Shown: in pieces, positions 24,810 to 35,140 of the stretch
Position numbering within the stretch: position 1 is the stretch's first letter
Layout of the letters: each line of letters opens with the position of its first letter
Virus record (IMG/VR): IMGVR_UViG_3300017914_000233
Span: 1 to 47,310 of that record
DNA: 47,310 bases
DNA from: a virus
Lineage: Duplodnaviria; Caudoviricetes
Strand: one strand, 5' to 3'
Translations under genes and position numbers: made by a program
Notes under the pieces: generated by a model
Seen by the model: only the letters and a program-made list of their open reading frames with translations
Told to the model about the DNA's origin: nothing
The model's database searches: none

Positions 24810-24971
24810 ATGAAGTTTGAGATTCATATAACACTCGAAGTTGATCCCGATGCAAACTTTCTGGAGACTTGTGGTGACAACACAGACGTTATTTCTGAGT
24901 TGATTCAAGACTCCATATACGATATAGATGATGTTAAAATACTAGACTGTGAGGTAAAATATGATCAATGA
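24810..24971 (+). CDS. Acidic 53-aa protein (MKFEIHITLEVD...)
   Basis: Hand translation, GAGG RBS. Confidence 0.7.
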   Translation: MKFEIHITLEVDPDANFLETCGDNTDVISELIQDSIYDIDDVKILDCEVKYDQ

Positions 24972-25317
24972 AACTGATCTTGAAGCCTGGGACTACTATG
25001 ACTCAGGGCAGCTTAACGACTACCAACGTGCTGCTGCACACACTGCTATCTATAAGCAGGAACATGCTATTATCTACCCCGCATTGGGACTTGCTGCTGA
25101 AGCAGGTGAGGTAGCCAACAAGGTTAAGAAGATTATGCGTGATGGTAAGTTCGACCGTGAAGCTATTGCAGATGAAGTAGGTGATTGCCTATGGTACATT
25201 GCTGCTCTGTGTCGTGACCTTAACGTGGACTTGAAGGACTTAGCTGATGCTAACCTTCGTAAGTTATATGGACGAAAAGAACGTGGTACACTAACAGGAT
25301 CAGGAGACAAGAGATGA
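24961..25317 (+). CDS. mazG: MazG-like NTP pyrophosphohydrolase
   Basis: LGLAAEAGEVA..KK..RD, DEVGDCLWY, N..KL..R. Confidence 0.9.
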   Translation: MINETDLEAWDYYDSGQLNDYQRAAAHTAIYKQEHAIIYPALGLAAEAGEVANKVKKIMRDGKFDREAIADEVGDCLWYIAALCRDLNVDLKDLADANLRKLYGRKERGTLTGSGDKR

Positions 25318-27260
25318 GCAACTATTTACCTACTGACTATCAGTCATTCATTCACAAGTCACGGTATGCTAAATACTTTGATGGTAAGGGACGTGAGAAC
25401 TGGGATGAAACTGTTCACAGGTATATCTACGAGGTAGTCTACAAAGCCCTACCCAACAATGATTTTGACGGACCTGTAAGCAAAGAAGTTTATGACTTTG
25501 ATTGGGGTGCTGTTGAGAAAGAAATACACGATGCCATCTTGAACCTAGAGATCATGCCCAGTATGAGGGCAATGATGACTGCTGGTCCTGCACTAGAACG
25601 TGATAACACAGCAGGGTATAACTGTTCATATTTACCAGTGGACGACCCTAAGTCTTTTGACGAAGCTATGTTTATCTTGCTGTGTGGTACAGGTGTAGGC
25701 TTCAGTGTTGAACGACAGTACATCACCAAGCTTCCTGAAGTACCAAAGTTGTTTGAAAGTGATACCACTATCGTAGTTAAAGATAGTAAAGAGGGTTGGG
25801 CCAAAGCTTTCCGTCAACTGTTAGCACTACTATGGGCAGGTGAGATTCCTAAGTGGGATGTCAGTAAAGTACGTCCTGCAGGTGCACGACTAAAGACGTT
25901 TGGTGGTAGAGCTTCTGGCCCTGCTCCACTGGTTGAGTTGTTTAACTTTGCTGTATCTACCTTTAAAGCTGCACAAGGGCGTAAGCTTACATCTATGGAG
26001 TGTCACGACTTGATGTGCTTTATCGGTCAAATTGTTGTTGTAGGCGGTGTACGTCGATCAGCTATGATTTCTTTGTCTAATCTATCAGATGACCGTATGC
26101 GTCATGCTAAGTCAGGGCAATGGTGGGAGACTGCAGCACACCGTGCACTAGCTAACAATTCAGTATCATACACAGAGAAGCCAGATGTAGAAACATTTAT
26201 GCGTGAGTGGACTGCACTGGTTGAATCTAAATCAGGTGAAAGAGGAGTGTTCAATCGTGAAGCATCCAAGAAACAAGCTGCAAAGTATGGTAGACGTGAC
26301 TCTACGTATGACTTCGGAACTAACCCGTGTTCTGAGATCATCCTTCGTCCTTATCAGTTCTGTAATCTTACAGAGTGTGTTGTCCGTGCTACGGATACTA
26401 TCGACGATCTTGCTCGCAAGGTACGATTGGCTACAATCCTTGGAACAATCCAATCAACCTACACCAAGTTCCCATACTTGCGAAAGGTGTGGCAACGAAA
26501 TACCGAAGAAGAACGATTGCTCGGTGTGTCTCTCACAGGGATAATGGATAACCCATTACTTACTACAAAGAATGCTGCTCTTGAAAAAACTCTTCGTCAT
26601 CTGCGTGAAGTTGCTGTTGCTACTAATGCTGAGTGGGCTGATCGTCTCGGTATCCCTGTATCTGCTAGTATCACGTGCGTTAAGCCAAGTGGCACTGTCT
26701 CTCAGCTTGTGGATTCAGCATCTGGAATCCATGCTCGCCACTCACGGTTTTACATTAGGACTGTTAGAGGAGACAACAAAGACCCTCTTACTCAGTTCAT
26801 GAAAGATCAAGGCATTCCTAGTGAACCTTGTGTGTTTAAGCCTGACACTACTACAGTGTTTAGCTTTCCACAGAAGTCACCTGATAATGCTGTGACTCGT
26901 AACGACATGACAGCTATCGAACAGTTAGAGATGTGGTTAAGCTATCAAAGAGCATGGTGTGAGCATAAGCCAAGTGTAACTATCTCAGTACGTGATTCTG
27001 AATGGCTGGACGTAGGTGCCTTTGTGTACAAACATTTTGATGAAATGTCTGGTGTATCGTTTTTGCCACACTCTGATCACACCTATCAGCAAGCACCCTA
27101 TCAAGATTGCAGTAAGAGAGAGTACGAAGAACTACTGTCATCAATGCCAAAACGTATTGACTGGTCTAAGCTGTCTGAGTATGAGCAAGAAGACAACACT
27201 GTAGCAATGCAGACAATGGCTTGCTCTGGTGACTCATGCGAAATCGTAGACCTAACATAG
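25314..27260 (+). CDS. nrdJ: Class II adenosylcobalamin-dependent ribonucleotide reductase
   Basis: YNCS, G.GVG, GGVRRSA, TNPCSEI, CVKPSGT, C-terminal C...C; no small subunit nearby. Confidence 0.93.
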   Translation: MSNYLPTDYQSFIHKSRYAKYFDGKGRENWDETVHRYIYEVVYKALPNNDFDGPVSKEVYDFDWGAVEKEIHDAILNLEIMPSMRAMMTAGPALERDNTAGYNCSYLPVDDPKSFDEAMFILLCGTGVGFSVERQYITKLPEVPKLFESDTTIVVKDSKEGWAKAFRQLLALLWAGEIPKWDVSKVRPAGARLKTFGGRASGPAPLVELFNFAVSTFKAAQGRKLTSMECHDLMCFIGQIVVVGGVRRSAMISLSNLSDDRMRHAKSGQWWETAAHRALANNSVSYTEKPDVETFMREWTALVESKSGERGVFNREASKKQAAKYGRRDSTYDFGTNPCSEIILRPYQFCNLTECVVRATDTIDDLARKVRLATILGTIQSTYTKFPYLRKVWQRNTEEERLLGVSLTGIMDNPLLTTKNAALEKTLRHLREVAVATNAEWADRLGIPVSASITCVKPSGTVSQLVDSASGIHARHSRFYIRTVRGDNKDPLTQFMKDQGIPSEPCVFKPDTTTVFSFPQKSPDNAVTRNDMTAIEQLEMWLSYQRAWCEHKPSVTISVRDSEWLDVGAFVYKHFDEMSGVSFLPHSDHTYQQAPYQDCSKREYEELLSSMPKRIDWSKLSEYEQEDNTVAMQTMACSGDSCEIVDLT

Positions 27261-27433
27261 GTGCTGTGCCTTCACCCTGCATACTCATCTGTCAAATAAA
27301 AGATGGAGAGTGTGTAGGGTGTAAACGTACAATAGACGAAATCAGAGACTGGATCATTATGTCAGAGTATGAACAAAAGAAACTCTTATGCGAACTGAAG
27401 TGGAGAAAAGATGTACGTGATAATAACACGTGA
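27236..27433 (+). CDS. DUF1289 Cys-rich protein (start may be GTG at 27266)
   Basis: SPCI..C.I..GECVGC.RT.DEI..W. Confidence 0.8.
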   Translation: MRNRRPNIGAVPSPCILICQIKDGECVGCKRTIDEIRDWIIMSEYEQKKLLCELKWRKDVRDNNT

Positions 27434-27659
27434 CCAATGTAACTTTTGTGATAATGCCAAAGCATTGTTAAAAGGAGTCAATCAAAGCTATGTAGAATAT
27501 AATATACAATCTGCAAGTAGTAAGTGGTTGCTTTACCTTTTGAAAAGGTCTAGTATCACTACAGTACCTCAAGTATTTAATAGCCAAGGTACACACATCG
27601 GTGGTTACACAGAACTAAAGGAGTATCTGGAACATGAAAAGAACAAACAGACCATTTAG
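27411..27659 (+). CDS. Glutaredoxin
   Basis: CNFC, TVPQVF, IGGY. Confidence 0.9.
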   Translation: MYVIITRDQCNFCDNAKALLKGVNQSYVEYNIQSASSKWLLYLLKRSSITTVPQVFNSQGTHIGGYTELKEYLEHEKNKQTI

Positions 27660-28080
27660 TAGATCTCTATATGAAGCTTACGACAAACAAGCTAGAGATG
27701 TGTTAGTAGAGTACTTATCTAACAAAGGCCACAAGATTGTGAGTGACGAAGAAGACTATAACGTAGATGTCGTATCTCAAAAACATGGCTATACTTACTT
27801 CAACGAAGCAGAAGTTAAAGTTGCTTGGAAAGGTGATTGGCCAACTGGTTGGGAAGAGATACGCATCCCTGCACGTAAACGTAGGTTAATTGAGAAATAC
27901 AAAGAACAGAATGGTGTTCTTAACTTCTATGTTTTCAATCATGATCTATCTAAAGCATGGAGAATCCGTGATACCCTTATGACAGATGATACCATCAAAG
28001 AAGCTAGTGGTAGGAACATTTGGAAAGGTGAAACATTCTTTCACATCCCCTATACAAAAGCAGAGTTGGTTGAACTATGA
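27634..28080 (+). CDS. PD-(D/E)XK endonuclease-like protein
   Basis: VD...EAEVK pattern. Confidence 0.55.
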   Translation: MKRTNRPFSRSLYEAYDKQARDVLVEYLSNKGHKIVSDEEDYNVDVVSQKHGYTYFNEAEVKVAWKGDWPTGWEEIRIPARKRRLIEKYKEQNGVLNFYVFNHDLSKAWRIRDTLMTDDTIKEASGRNIWKGETFFHIPYTKAELVEL

Positions 28081-28787
28081 ACGTAGAAAACTTTCCAGAA
28101 AAGCCTAAACGTACTAGACGAAAGACAAACTACAAAAATGCTGCAAACAAGCAGGTGTCAGGTTTGGTTCCTAGAACCAATAAACAGAAAGATTTGATTG
28201 AAGCTCTCAAGAGTTCCAGTCAAATCCTAATACTTGGCCCTGCAGGAACAGGTAAGACGTATGTAACAGCTACTTATGCAGCTGATATGTACATCACCAA
28301 ACAGATTGATAAGATCGTTATTACAAGGCCTCACGTGGCTGTAGGTAAGGACTTAGGTTTTCTGCCAGGTACCCTAGAGGAAAAGACTTACCCCTGGGCA
28401 TTGCCTGTCCTAGACGTTCTCACAAAGCATTTAGGTAAGGGGTCTGTTGATACTGCTATCAAGAATGGTAACATTGAGATGGCACCACTTGCTCTCATGC
28501 GTGGTCGTAGTTTTGATGATTCATTTATTATCGTTGATGAAACACAAAACATCACCACTCACGAATTAAAAATGTTATTGACTCGTGTTGGAGAAAACAG
28601 TAAGATCGTCCTCAATGGCGATGTACAACAGTCTGACTTAAAAGAAGCTGATGGTTTATCTAAGATCATCCATCTTGCTAAGAAGCACATGTTACCGATA
28701 CCAATCATCGAGTTTGGTATTGATGACATTATCAGATCAGACATATGTGCTGAGTGGGTAAAAATATTTATGAAGGAGGGACTATGA
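28077..28787 (+). CDS. phoH: PhoH-family ATPase
   Basis: GPAGTGKT, LGFLPG, MRGRSF, DETQN, GD..QSD. Confidence 0.95.
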   Translation: MNVENFPEKPKRTRRKTNYKNAANKQVSGLVPRTNKQKDLIEALKSSSQILILGPAGTGKTYVTATYAADMYITKQIDKIVITRPHVAVGKDLGFLPGTLEEKTYPWALPVLDVLTKHLGKGSVDTAIKNGNIEMAPLALMRGRSFDDSFIIVDETQNITTHELKMLLTRVGENSKIVLNGDVQQSDLKEADGLSKIIHLAKKHMLPIPIIEFGIDDIIRSDICAEWVKIFMKEGL

Positions 28788-29032
28788 AAAAGATTGAGTT
28801 TCACAACGTTGTGCCAACAGACAACGTAAACAATCCTAAGCACTACGGTCAAGGTGACATCGAGTGTATTGACTATATCAAAGACATCTTAACAGATGAA
28901 GAGTTGATTGGTTACTATCGGGGTAACGTTGCTAAATACCTACACCGATGGCGATACAAAAATGGTCTAGAAGACTTGAAGAAAGCTCGTTGGTATCTTG
29001 AAGCTTTAATTCAACAACAGTCACGGAAGTAA
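28784..29032 (+). CDS. DUF3310 protein
   Basis: VNNPKHY, IECID, GN..KY..R...KNG.EDL.KA.WY; GGAGG RBS before 28784. Confidence 0.88.
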   Translation: MKKIEFHNVVPTDNVNNPKHYGQGDIECIDYIKDILTDEELIGYYRGNVAKYLHRWRYKNGLEDLKKARWYLEALIQQQSRK

Positions 29033-29033
29033 C

Positions 29034-29270
29034 ATGGAAGTAAAGAAACCTAGAGGCAGACCACCTAAAAAGAAAACCCTTGAGCAAGAAGCCCAAGAGT
29101 TTCGAAAAAATAAAGTTCCTGCTGAACCACCTATGACAGCTAGAGTATACCTTGCAGGTCAAGCACTTGCAGGGTTACTTGCTGCACACAGAGGTGGTTA
29201 CGTTAGGTTTGAAGATATACGACGAGAAGCTTATGAGTGGGCAGACAAAATGTTAGAAGATAAAGGTTAG
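29034..29270 (+). CDS. Hypothetical protein with AT-hook-like PRGRP
   Basis: KKPRGRPPKKK; AGQAL.GLLA...AY..AD.ML phage domain. Confidence 0.7.
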   Translation: MEVKKPRGRPPKKKTLEQEAQEFRKNKVPAEPPMTARVYLAGQALAGLLAAHRGGYVRFEDIRREAYEWADKMLEDKG

Positions 29271-29289
29271 GGGTTTATGCCCCTACCTT
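29263..29289. terminator. Hairpin at the convergence of the two arms, probable bidirectional terminator
   Basis: TAGGGG...CCCCTA extended by AAGG/CCTT, overlapping both stop codons; U tracts short. Confidence 0.65.
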
Positions 29290-32200
29290 AAATCTCTAAA
29301 GATACCATCATCTCTATTTTCAATAATGAACAAGATGTACTTAAGTTTCTCAAGTCCACCTTCCATTGTTTTAAGGTCTTCTATTTCACCATCGTAGTTT
29401 GCAATTTTTTTAGCATCTTCGATGTATCTCTTTTGCTTAGACATAACTTTATTCTCTAAGCTTAGAAGTTCATCATCTTTTTTAGTACTTCTTTCGAAGA
29501 CTTCTCTGGCCCTTCTACGGGCCTTTTCTTTTACCCTAGCAGCAATCTCTAACCTAGTGTTTAGGTCTTGGTTAAAGAAGTCGTTTTCTTCAATAGCTAC
29601 TGATGACTCGTAGTTTAGAATATCACTAATAATAGAGTCCATTCTGTTTTTATACTCTGGTGTACCATTCCATCTTATACCAGCCCAAGACTGTTCACCG
29701 ATAGACCCAAACAATCTTTCAGATGGTGTCATAGGTGCAGCTGATCTAGCTCCTCCAATAGTACGACCAATGTCTACAAACTCGTTACCTTCTCCACGAG
29801 TTGCTGTTTCTCTTTTAGGGGCATCCTTACCATACCCAAAGATTTTATCGACGTATCTCAAAGAGTCGTTAAGAATCTTATTACCTTGTCGTCTATCCAT
29901 CTGACTAAAGTCATCGGTAATAAACATAGCAATTTGATTTGCTGGTTCTAAGAATCGAGTACTACCAGATGCAATCCGTGATAGACCACCGCCAACAATC
30001 TCAAAAGACTTCTTCAACGTCTTGTCGCCATCAGCTTCAAGTACTGTCTCGTATAAATCTTTTAGTGTATTATATACTTCCCCAGAATCTCTAAACGTTT
30101 GTGAAACTAAGACAGAGAATGCTTCTTCTTTTAGTGCAGGTGGTACTTTACCATCCACTTCAATATGAGCAACCATTTGTGAAAGAAGCTCTACATAGCC
30201 ACCAGGAAATTCGTAAGTTTCTTCTCTTAGTGATCCATCAGGTAGCTGAGTTCTATTCCAAGGTATGCCATTTTTAATCTTTTGTTTAGCTTCATCTACG
30301 TTAGACTGACCATTTCCTTTTGGCCCATACAGTAATCCAAAACCAACTATACCTTTAGCCATCAGTTCTAAGCTTTCATCACTATAGAACTCTTTAAACT
30401 GACCCTTATAGCCGTTGTAGACAATGTGTCTAGCAGCATTAAAACCACTGTAGTCACCTAGTGTAGCTGTAGCTGTGTTAAAGAACCTACCAAAGGGTAG
30501 TACAAAACCACCACCTGCAGAGTTTGAAAATCTTTCAACACCTTTGGCAATACTCAGAAAGAATCCATTACCTTTACGTTGTGTCCAAGATGTAGAGTAG
30601 GTCTCTCTATTAGCTCTTTGTAGTGCTGGCTCTTGTACCTTTTCCATAAACTCTTGACTAAACATCTTTGAAAATGCATCTGGTTGAGACATAAACTCGT
30701 TATGTGTCATACCATAATGCTTCATAATGTTTTGATCAAAAGCACTGTAGAAAGACAACATCTTAGTTGTCTCATCCTGCAGCTTAACACCCATAGCTGT
30801 TTGAAGTGCATCAATAGCCTTCTCAGATAATTGATTTACTTTAGCATTAGGATCAAGGTTCAATCTTTCCATAATCTTAATGGTGTCTACACCACCAGCT
30901 CTTTCTGCAAAAAGTTTTTCTGCAATGTCTGGTTTAACTGCAATCAGATTTTGAGCAGCTGCAATAGTTGCATCATAGTCTATAATATTTACACCACGTC
31001 TAGCTGCACCAAGTATAGAACCTTTAGCACCTGTTACATCACCTTTAGCTAACAACAGTGGCGAAAGAACGACATCAGAAATATTATTCATAGTTGTCGT
31101 ATATGCCCAACCTTTAACGTTGAGTCCAACTGTAGATGGGTGTGATGTAACAAGTCTTTTCCACACAGATTGAATATACTTAATTCTGTCTGCGGGAGTT
31201 GCACCAACTTTTTTATTTGTTTCACCTGCTAAGTTTAACATATCCTTAACAGTAATTTCATTAGGATCTTTACTTAAGAAGTCTGATAAGACTCGTCTGT
31301 TATACAAAGTTTTACCAGCAAATCTACCACGGTTAAGGAACCAAGCAGATAGATCTTCAGCATTTTTAATTCTATTGATAGATGTAGGTAGTTTACCAAA
31401 TTGGGATCTAAAAGATTTTTTATAATCCTTGATGATATCATCAGGTAAATACTTTAAGGCATCTGCAAAGAACTTAGAAACATTGTCATTTTTTTCTCTA
31501 GGTACGAAAACAAATCCAGCATCTGCCATGCTCTTAGCAAAGCCATTTTCATTAAACATTAGTGTAACTTCAAAGAAGTCTTCTTGCATGGTAGGACTAC
31601 CAGCAATATCTTTTTTAGTTACTTGTTCTGCAGCTTCACCCCTAGCTTGCATATAAGGTACAAACTCTTCAAGTTCTAGATCATCTTTAAACCTTTGCAG
31701 TACACCACGAAGGTTTGAGGACACTTTGTCCAAATCAACATTGGACATAACAGCTTCTTCAATTTCATCAGCACCCTTGTTTCCATGTAATGTATATACA
31801 TTTAGATATTTTTCAAAAGCTGTGTTACCTGCCATAGCAGACTCTGTGAGGCTTGAAACACCTTTTTTAGCCGCAAGGATTGATGGTATTACTACAACGC
31901 CTACAGCTGCCCCTACAGACTGGGGTATACTGTATTTTTGCTGTACACCAGAACCAATCTTTAGTCTTTGGTAGGTGTAGTCCGCACCAACAGCCGCAGT
32001 CATATCAACGGAAGTAGCTGCAGCAGCAGCTTTAAACTTACTTCTACCTACTTGCTTGAAGCCTTCTGCAATAACTTTACGTTTAACTTCTCTTGCAGCC
32101 TCTTCTGATATACCCTTTTTAAGAGCAGCCTTAGCTGCTTCTTTAGCCGCAGTTCTAACTGCAAAAGCACCACCTTTTGCACCAGCTGCAGTAAATATAC

Positions 32201-32840
32201 GACCTACACCAAGGCCTAGTATAGTTGTAGGGTCCCATACAGCAGCTCTGACGTAATCTCTTACACCATCACCCATTTCTCTCCAAGTGGTATCATCACT
32301 CCAGATGCTTGGCATAGAGTCAAACAATTCAAAAGATGCACCCATATCTCTTTTTTGTAGATCGGTAGCACCTGCAAACCATGCAGCATCATTACCAGTG
32401 GTTACTGTTTGACCACCAGCAAGAGACCGCATCCAGTTCTGCCACTCTTCAAACACTTCCTCATCACTCAAGTCTCTGTCGTACTTATAATCAAGTGTGT
32501 AGTTGTTCCTAGTGTCTTCACTGAAACGAGACTTCATGATGTTTCTGATCGTACGAACAAGAGTGGGGTTTTTTAGGATAGCCTCTTTGTTCATTGGACC
32601 ATCTAAATCTTTTAGTTGTTCCATAACAATGGTGTAACTATCCAGATCAGATTCTTCTGCTGGAGATTTCTGAACGGCTTCAGAAACACCTAATGTATCG
32701 AAAAGGCGTCTTGGTGGTTCTTGTTTTGCAGGTCCGAGAGTATCAAAAATAGAAGGCCTATTTTGAATTGTTTTCTCTTCCTCTTGCTGTTGTACTGGAG
32801 AACCCAGTGTATCGAAAATACTATTAGCCAATTTAGCCAC
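29283..32840 (-). CDS. Large internal virion (ejection) protein
   Basis: 1185 aa, helical, last gene of the structural arm as in T7-like phages; positional call. Confidence 0.65.
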   Translation of the reverse strand: MAKLANSIFDTLGSPVQQQEEEKTIQNRPSIFDTLGPAKQEPPRRLFDTLGVSEAVQKSPAEESDLDSYTIVMEQLKDLDGPMNKEAILKNPTLVRTIRNIMKSRFSEDTRNNYTLDYKYDRDLSDEEVFEEWQNWMRSLAGGQTVTTGNDAAWFAGATDLQKRDMGASFELFDSMPSIWSDDTTWREMGDGVRDYVRAAVWDPTTILGLGVGRIFTAAGAKGGAFAVRTAAKEAAKAALKKGISEEAAREVKRKVIAEGFKQVGRSKFKAAAAATSVDMTAAVGADYTYQRLKIGSGVQQKYSIPQSVGAAVGVVVIPSILAAKKGVSSLTESAMAGNTAFEKYLNVYTLHGNKGADEIEEAVMSNVDLDKVSSNLRGVLQRFKDDLELEEFVPYMQARGEAAEQVTKKDIAGSPTMQEDFFEVTLMFNENGFAKSMADAGFVFVPREKNDNVSKFFADALKYLPDDIIKDYKKSFRSQFGKLPTSINRIKNAEDLSAWFLNRGRFAGKTLYNRRVLSDFLSKDPNEITVKDMLNLAGETNKKVGATPADRIKYIQSVWKRLVTSHPSTVGLNVKGWAYTTTMNNISDVVLSPLLLAKGDVTGAKGSILGAARRGVNIIDYDATIAAAQNLIAVKPDIAEKLFAERAGGVDTIKIMERLNLDPNAKVNQLSEKAIDALQTAMGVKLQDETTKMLSFYSAFDQNIMKHYGMTHNEFMSQPDAFSKMFSQEFMEKVQEPALQRANRETYSTSWTQRKGNGFFLSIAKGVERFSNSAGGGFVLPFGRFFNTATATLGDYSGFNAARHIVYNGYKGQFKEFYSDESLELMAKGIVGFGLLYGPKGNGQSNVDEAKQKIKNGIPWNRTQLPDGSLREETYEFPGGYVELLSQMVAHIEVDGKVPPALKEEAFSVLVSQTFRDSGEVYNTLKDLYETVLEADGDKTLKKSFEIVGGGLSRIASGSTRFLEPANQIAMFITDDFSQMDRRQGNKILNDSLRYVDKIFGYGKDAPKRETATRGEGNEFVDIGRTIGGARSAAPMTPSERLFGSIGEQSWAGIRWNGTPEYKNRMDSIISDILNYESSVAIEENDFFNQDLNTRLEIAARVKEKARRRAREVFERSTKKDDELLSLENKVMSKQKRYIEDAKKIANYDGEIEDLKTMEGGLEKLKYILFIIENRDDGIFRDLR

Positions 32841-33846
32841 CTAAAGCAGTATCAATAGTTGCCTGAGTTAAAGGCAGTATCTGCCCACCAAGTATAATTG
32901 TATCACCCTCTTTTAATATTCCAACTCTAATAGCCCTAGCTAAAAGCTCTTCACCATACTCATCCATAGTGAATGAAAGTGCTGCATTACCTACAATCAA
33001 ATTCATTTTAGGTGCAATTCTACGGTCACTTTCAGCAAGTGTAATAGCAGTTTCAGCACCAATAAGTTTTTGGGCTGGAAGTAGATTATCATTTTCCAAA
33101 GCTGCTAAAGCTTCGTCAATGGCAGTTGCCATACCTTCATTAACTTGTTGACCACTACTTTGAGCTTGAAGGATCATATCCTTTTCTGTTGTAAGAGCAC
33201 CCAACAATTGATTTTTATACAAAGTTCTATACTGAGTTACCTCAGTAGGGGTCAAAGACTCCATAGGTTTAGCAGCTGGAGTAATGGTAACTGAGGTATA
33301 TGTTTCTGGTTCTAGATATGTTTCTAGGTAGTCATTCCAATTTAATCCTGGAACAGGTGAATCACCTTCTAGATCAACTCCAGCTAGTTCAGCAAGTTCT
33401 TCAGCATTAAATGGTTTTTTGTCTTGTACAGTAGTTACGTAAACTTCTTCAAACAAACTTTCTGATTGTTCTGGACTCCAGTTTAAACCCGCAGAAGTTG
33501 CCCTATCTCTACCATCAGTAATAATCTTAAATGCTTGATCCAAAGTTTTAGTGTCTGCATTTGAAAGTTTAGTTACAAGCTCACTACCCTCTGGAAGTTG
33601 AGTCTTAATAGCTTTCAACAAACTTTGTTTTTCTGCACTAGTTTCAACAGAGTTTTCACTTGATCGACGACTAGATCTGCCACTACTATAAGTTGAAAGA
33701 AAACTTTGCATAGTCTTTAAACGATCTAAACCTAACTGCTCTTCAGCTAAGTCTAGCCTAGCTTGTTGTAGTGCTCGATCTTGTCGAGACTCTTTCATGG
33801 CTTGAACGTCTTTCCAACCTTGGTATAGGCCTTGATACACACCCAT
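32833..33846 (-). CDS. Putative internal virion protein
   Basis: 337 aa, coupled; positional call. Confidence 0.55.
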   Translation of the reverse strand: MGVYQGLYQGWKDVQAMKESRQDRALQQARLDLAEEQLGLDRLKTMQSFLSTYSSGRSSRRSSENSVETSAEKQSLLKAIKTQLPEGSELVTKLSNADTKTLDQAFKIITDGRDRATSAGLNWSPEQSESLFEEVYVTTVQDKKPFNAEELAELAGVDLEGDSPVPGLNWNDYLETYLEPETYTSVTITPAAKPMESLTPTEVTQYRTLYKNQLLGALTTEKDMILQAQSSGQQVNEGMATAIDEALAALENDNLLPAQKLIGAETAITLAESDRRIAPKMNLIVGNAALSFTMDEYGEELLARAIRVGILKEGDTIILGGQILPLTQATIDTALGG

Positions 33847-34367
33847 TATGCAGTCCTCCGTGCCATAAGACCTTTAGGTTTTTCTTCCTGCATAGGTTCT
33901 TCCTGTGGAGCTTCTTCCATAGGCATAGACTCTTCTAGAGGAGTTAGGTCAATTTCATCTGTTTCTTCGTATTCAGCAAGAATTTTTTCCGCAGCTCTTT
34001 CATTCAAAGAGTATGTAAGCTGTTCGTCAGAAAGTTCCTCATCTTCAAAACCATCATCATACTCAAGTCCAGCTGCTTCAGCTAATCCGACAATATACTC
34101 ATGAATTACTGGTGCAATAATCAATGACACATCAAGAGTGTGCTGACCATCAGCTACAGCACTGCGAAGGATACCTTCAGTTATCATGGTAACATCAAGA
34201 CCAAGTTCGATGAATTGCAAGATAGCTTTCATCTTCTCAGGTTTTTGAAGTCTGTCCATGTGCCACAGCAGGGCATCTTCTGGAGCATCATACTCAGGGG
34301 GGTTTTCCCAGTTAGCATTTTTTGGTTCAGATACTAAAGACTGTCCTGGAATTGGTGCACTAAACAT
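33846..34367 (-). CDS. Conserved acidic virion-associated protein
   Basis: APIPGQSL..EP...WE.PP start, GLMARR end. Confidence 0.6.
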   Translation of the reverse strand: MFSAPIPGQSLVSEPKNANWENPPEYDAPEDALLWHMDRLQKPEKMKAILQFIELGLDVTMITEGILRSAVADGQHTLDVSLIIAPVIHEYIVGLAEAAGLEYDDGFEDEELSDEQLTYSLNERAAEKILAEYEETDEIDLTPLEESMPMEEAPQEEPMQEEKPKGLMARRTA

Positions 34368-34370
34368 TAC

Positions 34371-35129
34371 TTATTTCCCTAGATAGAATTTTGATTTATT
34401 AAGTCTAGCTGACGCATTTGGTTTAGCTGGCCTCAAATAGGAGTCAGTAAATATTTTTGATGCTTGATTAACATTACTAGTGTTTTCAAGCCTCATCAAA
34501 ACTTTTTGATAATAAGGGTCAGATTTAAACTCATGGACCAAGAAGCCTAAGTTTGCTTCATAGGATTTAGGGTTTAAATTGTTTTCTTTAGACCACTCCA
34601 TAAATTTCACACGTCGAGGACCAGTCCACTGCAGTACTCCTGCACCACCTTTAGATCCTTTTACCAGTGGATCTAACTCTTGGAAGAACTGAAAGTCTCC
34701 TGTTTCGTAGGCAGCATTGCCAGCAATAGCAGCAGCTACGTGATCATCTATACCAAGAGCCTCTTCTAGGTCTTGTTTTAGTTTAATACCTGAATCTTGA
34801 CCAGATTCAAAAAGAAAACTTTCAACCTTAGAATCTGCATCAGGAACTTGACCCATCAGATTTTTCAACTGATCGTTGTTTTCGTAAACCTTTTGCAACA
34901 TATCATTGATGAAATCTTCTGATAAAGTTTCCTCTGGTTTACTAACTCTTCTCATAAGAGCATCACCAGTTTCTCTGATACCTTCCCCACTTAGAAGTTC
35001 AGAGTCTACAGAAGTATCACGACGATAGAAAGATGAGATAGGTTCTGTACCTCTTACTTGCCTACGTAAGGCACCCTCTTCTCTAGCAGTTCGACTTTGT
35101 TTTAGTCTCTCATGGTATTCAGTTGACAT
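34371..35129 (-). CDS. Virion protein with phage tail lysozyme domain
   Basis: AAAIAGN...E, G.G..QWTGPR, YLRP motifs (Phage_lysozyme2-like). Confidence 0.8.
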   Translation of the reverse strand: MSTEYHERLKQSRTAREEGALRRQVRGTEPISSFYRRDTSVDSELLSGEGIRETGDALMRRVSKPEETLSEDFINDMLQKVYENNDQLKNLMGQVPDADSKVESFLFESGQDSGIKLKQDLEEALGIDDHVAAAIAGNAAYETGDFQFFQELDPLVKGSKGGAGVLQWTGPRRVKFMEWSKENNLNPKSYEANLGFLVHEFKSDPYYQKVLMRLENTSNVNQASKIFTDSYLRPAKPNASARLNKSKFYLGK

Positions 35130-35140
35130 ATTATCTTACC

